A stretch of DNA of 64,000 nt from Candidatus Latescibacterota bacterium (GTDB lineage: Bacteria > Latescibacterota > UBA2968 > GCA-2709665), in NCBI GenBank assembly GCA_965205485.1, contig OZ242180.1:3104001-3168000 (forward strand), written 5' to 3'. Position 1 is the first letter of the stretch, and each line of letters begins with the position of its first letter. Below, one piece after another: positions 1-8,963 of this stretch. The notes below the pieces were generated by a model. It searched no databases. It was not told the DNA's origin and saw only the letters and a list, made by a program, of their open reading frames with translations. A program made the translations under genes and the position numbers.

Positions 1-2
1 GG

Positions 3-398
3 AATTACGGCTGGCCCAACGTGCGAGGGCTCTGCGATAATGACGTACTGACTGGGGAGACCGCATTCTGCTCGTCAAACAACGTCGTGGAACCGCTCGC
101 GGTATGGACGCCAACAATCGCGCCCGCGGGAGCGGACATATACACCAGGGACCTGATACCGGCCTGGAAGGGCAGCCTGTTGTTTACGACGTTGAAGGGG
201 CAGGCGCTCTGGCGTATGGGCCTGTCCTCTGACGGTCTGCGTGCGACGAGCCGCGAGAATCTGTTTAGCGGCCGTTTCGGGCGGTTGCGGGACGTGCTGG
301 TCGGGCCGCGGGGCGAGGTATACCTCGCCACCAGCAACAGGGACGGCCGGGGTCAGCCTCGGACTGACGACGATCGCATCCTGGTTGTCACGCCGTAG
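3..398 (+). CDS. PQQ-dependent sugar dehydrogenase (glucose/sorbosone dehydrogenase family), 5'-truncated by window edge
   Basis: Frame is open from position 3: NYGWP...IAPAG...FGRLRDVLVGPRGEVYLATSNRDGRG...DDRIL, the typical GSDH C-terminus. Confidence 0.85.
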   Translation, partial: NYGWPNVRGLCDNDVLTGETAFCSSNNVVEPLAVWTPTIAPAGADIYTRDLIPAWKGSLLFTTLKGQALWRMGLSSDGLRATSRENLFSGRFGRLRDVLVGPRGEVYLATSNRDGRGQPRTDDDRILVVTP

Positions 399-510
399 AC
401 GCTTTCGGCAAGAGATACGATTCGACGGCCGGAAACGACCCGGCCGGTCATTCCGGCGGTAGACGACTTATATTGAAACTTTGTTCACGCGCGGACGTAT
501 TATAAAGCAG

Positions 511-590
511 AAACGCCCTTTCTCCCGTCGTTGTCCTTTTGGACCTTCCCTCCCGCCAAAAGGTTACTCAACGGAGAGAGGGCGTTTTTT
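511..590 (+). terminator. Long stem-loop ending in a U-run between convergent genes (terminator or small RNA)
   Basis: 511-525 pairs with 573-587 (one G-U); CCTTTTGG 535-542 pairs with CCAAAAGG 556-563; ends in TTTTTT. Confidence 0.55.
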
Positions 591-609
591 CGTGCGCGGC
601 CTGACGGAC

Positions 610-650
610 ATCGGCGGTCGAATGGTGAGGAATTTTCGGGACAGAACCCT
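610..650. mobile_element. Terminal fragment of MITE family B
   Basis: ATCGGCGGTCGAATGGTGAGGAATTTTCGGGACAGAACCCT matches the right end of the element at 26731-26895 and abuts the stop codon of the gene ending at 649. Confidence 0.7.
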
Positions 651-1473
651 AGATTAGGCTCTCCAGGAGATTTTTTCCCTGAACCAGATCCCTCACCTTC
701 AGGTCCCAATCCGGAATTTCGCGTTCCATGGTGATCGGGCCGCGGTATCCGATCTGCTTGAGTTTGGCGATGAAGCGGTCCATACCCACGTCGCCGCTGC
801 CCAGGGGGTATTCCGTACCCAATTGCCCCTTCCCCGGCGGCCACTTTCCGTCTTTCGCATGAACGCTGAAGACGTAGTCGGCGACAATTCCAAGGGCCTC
901 GATGGGTTCTCCGCTTCCGTACAGGATCATATTCGCCGGGTCGAAGTTGACGCCAACGTTGTTGCGATTCAGCGTTTCGAGAAAGTGGCGCAGCGCAGAA
1001 GCCGTCTCCTGGCCGGTTTCCAGGCAGAAGTCCTGGCCGTTACGTCTGCAATAATCGGCCAATCTTCCGACACATTCAACCATGGCATGGTGGTCGGGAT
1101 GATCCGGTTCTTCCGGGACGAATCCGATGTGTGCGGCCACCTTGTCAACGCCGAGCGCGCGTGCGAAGTCTGAGATACGCTGGGTTATTTTTATGCGTTC
1201 TTCCCTCAGGGACGGATTGAGATATCCCACCGTATCTCTGACCGTGGAAATGTCGGCGTAACTCTCTCCTGAAAACCCCGCGAAAACAGTTGTAATTTGA
1301 ATGCCCACAGATTGTATTTCCCGTATCAGCGCGGCACTTCCGTCGGGATCTTCCAGCACGTCCTCGAACGGGGCGTGAATCTGTACGTTGTCGAAACCCA
1401 GGTCCCGCACCTGCCTGAGCTGGTCCAGGGTCCAACCTGCGCTCATCATGACGCCTATCGGAAGTTCGTTCAT
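649..1473 (-). CDS. Sugar phosphate isomerase/epimerase (xylose isomerase-like TIM barrel)
   Basis: Start MNELPIG after AGGAG; motifs LETGQE, NFDPAN, VHAKD, MERE. Confidence 0.85.
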   Translation of the reverse strand: MNELPIGVMMSAGWTLDQLRQVRDLGFDNVQIHAPFEDVLEDPDGSAALIREIQSVGIQITTVFAGFSGESYADISTVRDTVGYLNPSLREERIKITQRISDFARALGVDKVAAHIGFVPEEPDHPDHHAMVECVGRLADYCRRNGQDFCLETGQETASALRHFLETLNRNNVGVNFDPANMILYGSGEPIEALGIVADYVFSVHAKDGKWPPGKGQLGTEYPLGSGDVGMDRFIAKLKQIGYRGPITMEREIPDWDLKVRDLVQGKNLLESLI

Positions 1474-1502
1474 CGTCTTTCTCCTCCTGTAATTCGTCTG
1501 CT

Positions 1503-3026
1503 TCACTCGTAGATCTCGAACGTACCGTTTCTCACGACCAGAACGACCGGGTCGTAGACCGCGTCTCCATTGCGGTCGAACGAGAATCGACCCAGAACGG
1601 TGTCCAGGTTCGTCATGCCGGCCATCGCGTCGCGAATGGCGCCGGGATCCGTGGATCCGGCCTTTACAATCGCCTCTGCAAGAACATAAAGCGCGGCGTA
1701 CGACTGAGCCGCCCACCGATTCGGTTCCGAACCGAATTTCGAACTGTAATCCTCGACGAAAGATTGATTCCCCGGTGTGGCTGCCGCAGCCGTCCAGCCG
1801 GTAATTGCGATCGCACCCTCGGCGGCATCTCCGGCATCCCGGATTTCGTCCTGGGTCAAGCCAGGCACGATAAAGGGTATGTTGCCCGGAATGCCCTCAC
1901 GTCGGCCCTGAACCAGACTCTGGACGCGTTGCCGGGACAGTGCGGAAACGAAGACAGCATGCGGATTAAGGGTCCTTATTCTGGCCAGCTGATCGACAAA
2001 GGAGGTATCGTCTGTCCCGAACGTTTCTCTCGCCAAAACCTCGACGCCGTCCTCGGCGAGGGCGCTTTGCAGCGCGTCGTCGCTGCTTCGGGAAAAGACG
2101 TCCGTCGAGTCGACCATCAGGGCGACCCGACGGTATCGCAGCTTCTCGCGGGTGAGCGAAACGCCTCCGGGGATGAGCACGTCGACACTCAGACTCGCGC
2201 GGAAGATAAATTCGCCGATCGCGCTCAAGCCCGCCGCGGCAGAGGTCGTGCTGAAGGCGACAACCCGGTTCTGTTGTGCGAGAGGAAATGCCTCCTTGGC
2301 TTCGGTGGAGAGAGCGGGGCCCAGGATGACGGGTACGTAATCGCGAAAGATCAGCTTGTTGAACGCGTCTACGGCGCCCTGCGCACTGCCTCGGGAGTCC
2401 TCCGTCCTGAACACGATTCTCGCGCCCTCGAGCATCGATGTGCCATTGATCTCTCCGAGAGCGAGCTCCAGACCGCTTTCAATGCCCGCACCGTACTGGG
2501 TCTGCCTGACCGTGAGGGGCGCAACGACGCCGATCGGGATTTCCGCGGGAAGGCCGTCCGGTGTCAGTGCGGTTGCGCCCGTGACGCGCGCTTTTTCGCC
2601 TACCGGCAGTTCAACGGTGACCTGAAAGCCGCGGTTTATCGGGATGCTCGACCACGATCCTATCAGGGTCCCGTCCTTCCGCGCCTGCGCACGATAGTAT
2701 CCGCCCGTCGGCGTCCCCTCGAGCGCCACTCGCGCCTGTCCGCGTCCATCCGTCGTGCCGGCCCACTCGTAGCTGGCGCGGCGTCCGGAAACCGACCGCG
2801 AGAACGTTACGGCGGCGCCGCTTACCGGAGACTGGTCCTGACGGAGACGGGCAACCGCGACCGCAGATGACACATTTCCGTTGACAGCCTGTTTACTCAG
2901 ACGCATCCCCGCATCCTGCTCCGGCGGCGAACCGGACGAGGTGGTCAGGCGTTCGCCGCCGCAGCCAAATACCACGCCCATCGCAATCGGGAAAATGAAC
3001 CAGCTGCGAGTCAAGCTGAACATCAT
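1503..3026 (-). CDS. Branched-chain amino acid ABC-type substrate-binding lipoprotein with an extra N-terminal beta-rich domain
   Basis: Lipobox VVFGC; from about aa 160 IPIGVVAPLT...EDS...ILGP...AAQSYAA...GRFSFDRNGD (LivJ-like type I periplasmic fold). Confidence 0.8.
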   Translation of the reverse strand: MMFSLTRSWFIFPIAMGVVFGCGGERLTTSSGSPPEQDAGMRLSKQAVNGNVSSAVAVARLRQDQSPVSGAAVTFSRSVSGRRASYEWAGTTDGRGQARVALEGTPTGGYYRAQARKDGTLIGSWSSIPINRGFQVTVELPVGEKARVTGATALTPDGLPAEIPIGVVAPLTVRQTQYGAGIESGLELALGEINGTSMLEGARIVFRTEDSRGSAQGAVDAFNKLIFRDYVPVILGPALSTEAKEAFPLAQQNRVVAFSTTSAAAGLSAIGEFIFRASLSVDVLIPGGVSLTREKLRYRRVALMVDSTDVFSRSSDDALQSALAEDGVEVLARETFGTDDTSFVDQLARIRTLNPHAVFVSALSRQRVQSLVQGRREGIPGNIPFIVPGLTQDEIRDAGDAAEGAIAITGWTAAAATPGNQSFVEDYSSKFGSEPNRWAAQSYAALYVLAEAIVKAGSTDPGAIRDAMAGMTNLDTVLGRFSFDRNGDAVYDPVVLVVRNGTFEIYE

Positions 3027-3249
3027 GCGCCTCCTTTAGGGAATTTCATTTTCGAACGTCACAAGGATTTCAGTACGTCCGCCTCCTTCGACGCCTCTCG
3101 GCTGACAACCAATATATGGGAGAGTGTCAGCCGGTGTAAAGTTAATTCACATGAGCATGCAGAATCGCTCCCGTTGGCCGGCCGGCGCACGACCAATGGA
3201 GAACTGAAATCTGCCGCTCACCAACCGCGAACAGGCGTCTTGCCCTCCC

Positions 3250-3278
3250 TTGACAACTGCACATTTGTTTAGTATACA
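3250..3278 (+). promoter_or_regulatory. Putative sigma70-type promoter for 3341 gene
   Basis: TTGACA-N17-TATACA. Confidence 0.45.
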
Positions 3279-3340
3279 TCGGTTATACAAAAAATCCGGA
3301 AACGAGGTGATATTTCAGGATCCATACCTGGAGGTCCCAA

Positions 3341-3637
3341 GTGTCAAATCGCGTTGGGCGGAACGAAGGGTTCACCGGAGGGGCGGCGTTCACGCGCTTG
3401 AGCGACGACTTTCGACGGGTTGTGGAACGCATACAGACCGAAATCAACGGCCTCGTCTCGCCTGCACTGGATGCGGAGCGACTGGCCAGCATAGACGCGG
3501 CCGAGCGGACTGTCGACAGTCTGGCATTGGATTTCCGGCGTGGCGCCGGAAATCAAGACGCCTGGGATGGGGCGCTTGCAGACTATGAATCGACCTGGCT
3601 GAAGATCATCCGCAGCGCGCGTGACAGTGCAAGTTGA
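3341..3637 (+). CDS. Small hypothetical helical protein
   Basis: GGAGG RBS upstream of GTG; 98 aa, protein-like composition. Confidence 0.6.
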   Translation: MSNRVGRNEGFTGGAAFTRLSDDFRRVVERIQTEINGLVSPALDAERLASIDAAERTVDSLALDFRRGAGNQDAWDGALADYESTWLKIIRSARDSAS

Positions 3638-3690
3638 CTCCCGCCCGTCACCCGCATCCTGCCACCTGTGTTGATCACGCACGCAGTTAA

Positions 3691-4014
3691 CAGTCCGTTG
3701 ATAAAGTCGCTCTGCAGGCGAGGTATGGTGTCCCGTCCCGGAAATATGTCGCCATTCATCCGCCGATTCGTCCCGTCTGGCGACGTTGCCTTCGCTCGGT
3801 GACCGTGAGCAGGTCGCCTTGCTCAGGCGCCTTGCCAGCCGGGCGACTCGGCGGTCGAATTCCGGCAATCTATTTCCAGGACAGAACACTTGCCATTGTG
3901 GTCGAAGACAAGGCGCGCAACCGAGTCCCATCCAGCGATTCGGCGAGGGCGCGCAACGCCGTATTTCGACCGCAAGGGCCGGCCGCAGCCCGGATGGACT
4001 TTTTCAACGGGCAG
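3691..4014. mobile_element. MITE family A copy 1 (324 bp, IS5-like ends) carrying a nested family B element at 3727-3890
   Basis: Imperfect TIRs CAGTCCGTTGATAAAGTC / GACTTTTTCAACGGGCAG; TTAA direct repeats on both sides; near-identical reverse complement of 21643-21966. Confidence 0.9.
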
Positions 4015-4089
4015 TTAAGTTCCGGAGCGCTATGGAGCGGATCTTCCATTGGAAACCCGCCCCCTGTTTTGAGTACAATCGTTGCGTAA

Positions 4090-5100
4090 TCAGGTCAGGT
4101 CTACGATATCACCGAAATACTTGCCCGTTTCAGCAGTCGTAACCGGTACGCCTGTGTGCGATTCAACGTCACGAATCAACTTCAACACGGGATCCGTGAG
4201 GGCGTCCCTGGTGCGGGCGCCCCGCACATCGGGATCAAGGTGGTCGCAGAACGTGAGCGCGATCTGCGTGGGTCCGTTGAGCATTACCGCCTCTTCAAGG
4301 TGCCGCCATGAAATGTGGCGGGCTTTTCTGCGGCGCCGTCCGGTCGTGACGCCGTATTCGACAATACCACGCCGGTCCTGTTCAGCCTCAGAAATCTCAA
4401 ACGGTAGTGGACCCGCCCCTACGCGACTGGGTACCGCCTTGACCACCAGGATGACGTCCGTTATGTACTGCCAGTTTAGGCCTGAGTCGTCCGCTGCGGC
4501 GACGGCGGTGCAATTGCCGGACGTGCAGAACGGGTAGTCGGCAGTCAGCGAAAGGGAAAGGTGGGTTCCCTGGCTGGATTCGATGACAACAGCGAGACCC
4601 TCCGTGCATGCCGTGTTGATCTCTCGCGGTACGTCGGTGAGGTAATCCTCCAGTTCGGGGATGTCTCGGGCCTGCCGGGCCCTGCGCATGACAAAGTCGG
4701 CTCTGGCAGCGCCGCTGCCGCTGCATACGCTGCCCACATTGACGGCAAGTTGCGTGTCCCGTGCCTCGCGTGCCCGATGTTCGGACGCGATCACCGGACA
4801 CCGCAGATCCACGCGGGCACGGTCGGCGAGTTCGTATCTGTGGATTTCACGGAGGAATATTTCAGGGTCTAACGCGACGCCACTACCTATCCGAAGCTGC
4901 GTGCCAGGATGTAACCACCCGCAGCACAGCTGATGCGTACGGATTTCAGAGCCGTCTTCGAAGTATATGCTGTGGCCGGCGTTGGTGCCGGTTCCGGCGC
5001 GTACACAGAAGGCGGCTTCCTGTTTGAGGGCGGTATAGGCGGCGATTTTTCCTTTGCCGGAATCGCCCCAGAACGCGTCCACAACGAGGGTTGCGCTCAC
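4090..5100 (-). CDS. purA: Adenylosuccinate synthetase homolog, short (archaeal-length) form, divergent
   Basis: WGDSGKGK, NAGH, ESSQG, YPFCTS, EYGVTTGRRRR motifs; 336 aa; GGAGG RBS. Confidence 0.8.
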   Translation of the reverse strand: MSATLVVDAFWGDSGKGKIAAYTALKQEAAFCVRAGTGTNAGHSIYFEDGSEIRTHQLCCGWLHPGTQLRIGSGVALDPEIFLREIHRYELADRARVDLRCPVIASEHRAREARDTQLAVNVGSVCSGSGAARADFVMRRARQARDIPELEDYLTDVPREINTACTEGLAVVIESSQGTHLSLSLTADYPFCTSGNCTAVAAADDSGLNWQYITDVILVVKAVPSRVGAGPLPFEISEAEQDRRGIVEYGVTTGRRRRKARHISWRHLEEAVMLNGPTQIALTFCDHLDPDVRGARTRDALTDPVLKLIRDVESHTGVPVTTAETGKYFGDIVDLT

Positions 5101-5196
5101 ATTACACCTCCATATTCGGCATGGTCCATGGAATCATCGTATTGACCCGCTCCGCAAGGCTTGGCGGGCCGGGTAAACCATAACGGATCCCATGAA

Positions 5197-5211
5197 ATAA
5201 AAAAAATTTAT
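5197..5211. promoter_or_regulatory. Putative LysR binding box
   Basis: ATAA-N7-TTAT dyad (T-N11-A) in an AT-rich divergent intergenic region. Confidence 0.55.
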
Positions 5212-5326
5212 TAATATTATTTTTGTTATATTATATTTTTATGAATTCTTGCAAGGTCTCACGGCGGGAAGGCAAAGCCACCTGCTTTTTACGGTTTGGA
5301 CCTGCAGCACCGTGGGGTATTGACAA

Positions 5327-6256
5327 ATGGATCTGGATCGCCTTAAGGGGTTTGTCGAAACGGCGCGAGAGAAGAGCTTTACGCGTGCAGCGGAGAAACT
5401 GTACCTGACGCAGCCGGCCGTGAGTCTTCAGGTGAAGGCTCTTGAAGACGAACTCGGCGAAGCCCTGTTCGAACGGCGCGGCAAGCAGATTCTGTTGACC
5501 GAGGCGGGTCGGCTTCTGTTCGCGCGAGCCGAGGCCATCCTGGAGATGGCCGATCGGATCCGGCAGGACATGGCGGACATCGGTCAGTTGCGCACGGGGC
5601 GACTCAGTATCGGAACCAGCGATACGAATTGCGCCTATGTCCTCCCTCCCGCGGTCAAAGCCTTCCGACAGGCACACCCGGGAGTCGAAATCCGCCTGAC
5701 CGACCGCATGTCCCCGGAGGTGGTGCGGCTGGTTCTGGAAGGGGCGGTGGATTTCGGACTGGCCACGCTTCCTGTAACGGAACCCAGGGTGCGGACACGG
5801 CCGCTGTTCATCAGGGAAGACGTGGCCATTTCCAGCGCGACGCATCGTCTGGCATCCGCGAAAACGGTCGATCTGCATTCGCTCGCTGACTGTGCGATGT
5901 TGATGCTGGAGCGAGGCAGTACCAGCCGAGGTCTGATGGACCGGATGTTCGCGGCGGAGGGACTCCAGCCGTACGTCATCATGGAACTGGGCAGCATTGA
6001 AGTGATCAAGCGCTTCGTTGAAATCGGCCTCGGAACAGCGGTCGTACCCGAAGTATCGGTTCGCGACGAGGTGAGATCCGGCAGGTTGACCGCAATTCGA
6101 GTGACTGGGCTTCCGGTGCGCCAGGTGGGTATGGTGCATCGCGACGGTGGCCGCCTCTCACGGGCGGCCGCGGCGTTTATAGGGTTTCTGGAGATGCATC
6201 TGGAGACGATCGGGCTTCGCATACATGAAGGAAAAGGCCGCGGCGTACCGGAGTAG
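5327..6256 (+). CDS. LysR family transcriptional regulator
   Basis: SFTRAAEKLYLTQPAVSLQVKALEDELG HTH plus substrate-binding domain. Confidence 0.95.
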   Translation: MDLDRLKGFVETAREKSFTRAAEKLYLTQPAVSLQVKALEDELGEALFERRGKQILLTEAGRLLFARAEAILEMADRIRQDMADIGQLRTGRLSIGTSDTNCAYVLPPAVKAFRQAHPGVEIRLTDRMSPEVVRLVLEGAVDFGLATLPVTEPRVRTRPLFIREDVAISSATHRLASAKTVDLHSLADCAMLMLERGSTSRGLMDRMFAAEGLQPYVIMELGSIEVIKRFVEIGLGTAVVPEVSVRDEVRSGRLTAIRVTGLPVRQVGMVHRDGGRLSRAAAAFIGFLEMHLETIGLRIHEGKGRGVPE

Positions 6257-6625
6257 CCTGCGGCCGGCGGTTTCGAAGCGGGTGACGCTCAGGATGCGAA
6301 TCGCGCTCGTCGACAGGTCAATCCTCCGCGCATCGCAATGGATCAGGGGTTATCGGCGCCTGTACGAACGCATTGAACAGGGCGACCCAATGTGATCTGG
6401 CGGTGGGCCGAACTTGTGTTTTTCAGGGGTTTTTTGTATCATTAGCCCGCGGCGGCGGCATTGTGTCGCGCCTGCTGCAAGGCACGTAAGACATTCCGTA
6501 CGAGGACCCGCATTGTCGGCCGGCAAACCCGGCGTTGGGTATCCTTGCGTATGAGCACGGAACTTCCAGGCATGGAATACATGCAGATCTCCGGCGCCCG
6601 TGTCATCCCGCTCTGGAGGCGGGTA

Positions 6626-8902
6626 ATGAGACGACATCGAAGGCCGCTTGCGGTATGCGCATTGATTGCGCTTGCCGGTGCTGTGCAGGTGCAGGCCAAA
6701 GATAATGAAGCCCTTGCCCGTGCCGAGGCGCTTTACAACCAGGCGGTTGCGCAGGTGGCGGCCGGGGCACTTGGTCAGGCGGTTGGGCTGTTTCAGTCCG
6801 CCATCGACGCTTACGACAAACACGCGCCTTCCTACGTGGGCCTCGGGTACATCCATCTCGAACGGGGCGACCTGGATGCCGCGGAGGAAATATTCCGGCA
6901 GGCGCTTCGTAAGAAAAAACGGTTTGCGCCTGCCTTCAACGGGCTGGGCCTCGTCTACGGGCGCCGGCCAAAAGCGCTTCGACAGGCGATTGATGCGTTC
7001 CGGAACGCGCTGCGGGCGGATAAAGCCTATGTTGAAGCGCAGTACAATCTGGCAGAGACGTACCGGCGGTTCGGCAGCAGCGAAACGCTCAAGGCTTACC
7101 GCAAGGTGGTCAAAATGGAGTCCGGCCACCCGGACGCGCTTTTCCAGATCGGCGTAATTGAAGAAGCGAAGGGCGAGTACGGGAAGGCCGAAAAGGCCTA
7201 TATAAGTCAGGTTGCGGTGAATCCACTCCACTACGAGGCCCGACTACGGTATGGAATTGTCCTGAAACTGCAGGACCGCACCGATCAGGCGATAGCCGAA
7301 CTGAGACCGGTCGTCCAGAACCCGAACCGGCACCAGCGACGTGCGGTGCTGGAACTTGCGGATATCCACCAGAGGCGCCGGGACTTCGATCGGTCGCAGG
7401 CGCTATTCGAAGCGTATATCAATCGTCTGGAACCCGAGGAACAGCGGCTCTTCTACGACTTGAGCCTTGTATCCAATACTGCGGACGACTCCGGGGGCAG
7501 ATCGCTGGAGGAGCTGAAGGCTGCGGCTGTGGAATTCTGGGTCTGGCAGGACCCGGCGCCGGCATCCGCGGCAAATGAGCGGCTGGTCGAGCACTACCGC
7601 CGCGTAGCCTTGGCACGGGAGAATCATGGAAAGCACAAGTTCCCCTGGGACGATCGTGGGGAAGTTTACGTGCGTTTCGGGGAACCGGATCACGTCAGCC
7701 GGTCTGGAGACGTCCGGTTCGAGACGGACCCCCGGGTGCTGGACGTGAAGGATCGGCTGATTGTGTCGGCAGGGGCGGCGGCCGCAAAGCTGATGAAAGA
7801 CGAAGTCCGATCTCTTGGGGATGTGGCCAAGTCGTCCATTCTGGGTCGGCCGGTGTATCCCGTTGGCGGAATATGGGAGTACTGGATTTACGTGAACGTA
7901 GGATCGGGAATCGAAATGACCTTCGTGCAGCCGAATTTTCCCGGACCGTACGAGTTCGCGAGAATGCCTCTGGGCACCGGTCGGATTACGAGAATCTGGC
8001 AGAGAATGAACCCCAAGACCGTGCTGCTCAATCAGGTAGTCCGGCAGCCGGCCGCCTATCGGCCCACGTTTGCTACCGGACCGCTGGATTTCTACTTCTA
8101 TACGGCTTCGTTTCGGGGTGAGGATGACAAGACGGCGCTGGAGGTCTATTACGGGATTCCAACCCGGGATCTGGCGTATCGCGACGGCGACCTCGGTCGG
8201 CTCGCGAACCTTGTCAGGGGCGTCGCGGTCTACGACGGCGAAAACAAGCTTATTCATCGATCCGACCACGAGATGATCCTGCGGGCTTCCGGGGCGGTAG
8301 ATACCTCTGCCGGGGCATTTATCCCGGAGATAGATCGCATGCTGTTGCCACCGGGCGCCTACCGTGTGGACGTGCAGGTGATGGACCGCAATTCCGGCAG
8401 GACTCAGATATACAGGGAAGACCGCATTCTGAAGGCGTATCCGGCAGCGCCGCTTTCATTGAGCGACGTAGAAATGGGCGCGCGAATCGACGTAGCCGAT
8501 CGGGGACGCTTCGTAAAGGGCGATATCGAAGTGATCCCGATGGCGTCCAGGGCGTACCGGCCTGGCGAACCGGTGTTCATCTATTACGAGATTTACAACC
8601 TCGCTCGAGACGAATTCGGGGCGACGCGGTATCGCATATCATACCGGATTCGGTCCTTGCGCAGGACAAACGTGGGCGCGCGGATATTGGGCGGCCTGGG
8701 GCGGTTCATCGGAAAACGCGAGGACGGCAACGTCATCAGCATCGAATACGATCATGTCGGCACCCGTCCGGATGAACGGGCGCACCTCGAGCTGGACATG
8801 GGAGCCACCGTACCGGGACGGCAACTGTTGACAATTCTGGTGACCGACGAAAACGGCGGCCAGACGGGCCGCGCGGCCATCAGTTTCGATATACGACAAT
8901 AG
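6626..8902 (+). CDS. Secreted TPR-repeat protein with GWxTD-like domain
   Basis: GGAGG RBS, signal peptide MRRHRRPLAVCALIALAGAVQVQA, TPRs, then FW...DP...NERLVEHYRRV...WDDRGEVYVRFGEPD...WEYWIY. Confidence 0.8.
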   Translation: MRRHRRPLAVCALIALAGAVQVQAKDNEALARAEALYNQAVAQVAAGALGQAVGLFQSAIDAYDKHAPSYVGLGYIHLERGDLDAAEEIFRQALRKKKRFAPAFNGLGLVYGRRPKALRQAIDAFRNALRADKAYVEAQYNLAETYRRFGSSETLKAYRKVVKMESGHPDALFQIGVIEEAKGEYGKAEKAYISQVAVNPLHYEARLRYGIVLKLQDRTDQAIAELRPVVQNPNRHQRRAVLELADIHQRRRDFDRSQALFEAYINRLEPEEQRLFYDLSLVSNTADDSGGRSLEELKAAAVEFWVWQDPAPASAANERLVEHYRRVALARENHGKHKFPWDDRGEVYVRFGEPDHVSRSGDVRFETDPRVLDVKDRLIVSAGAAAAKLMKDEVRSLGDVAKSSILGRPVYPVGGIWEYWIYVNVGSGIEMTFVQPNFPGPYEFARMPLGTGRITRIWQRMNPKTVLLNQVVRQPAAYRPTFATGPLDFYFYTASFRGEDDKTALEVYYGIPTRDLAYRDGDLGRLANLVRGVAVYDGENKLIHRSDHEMILRASGAVDTSAGAFIPEIDRMLLPPGAYRVDVQVMDRNSGRTQIYREDRILKAYPAAPLSLSDVEMGARIDVADRGRFVKGDIEVIPMASRAYRPGEPVFIYYEIYNLARDEFGATRYRISYRIRSLRRTNVGARILGGLGRFIGKREDGNVISIEYDHVGTRPDERAHLELDMGATVPGRQLLTILVTDENGGQTGRAAISFDIRQ

Positions 8903-8963
8903 CTTCCGGCCCGGTGCGAATGCCGCGGCCCCGGAACAGACCGGCTCGCGGACTTGAGGAGCA

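Noticed and set aside
3344..4142. ORFs 3344-3931, 3786-4142, 3799-4089 and their look-alikes at 21226-21908
   Set aside because: Their similarity comes from the MITE DNA repeat; no transposase motifs
4090..5100. PurZ (2-aminoadenine, Z-genome) assignment
   Set aside because: The catalytic Asp equivalent to D13 is retained (PurZ has Ser), the R303 equivalent is retained, and there is no phage, dATPase or MazZ context
5101..5190. Purine-type riboswitch upstream of the purA homolog
   Set aside because: Only a small GC hairpin is visible; no recognisable aptamer consensus
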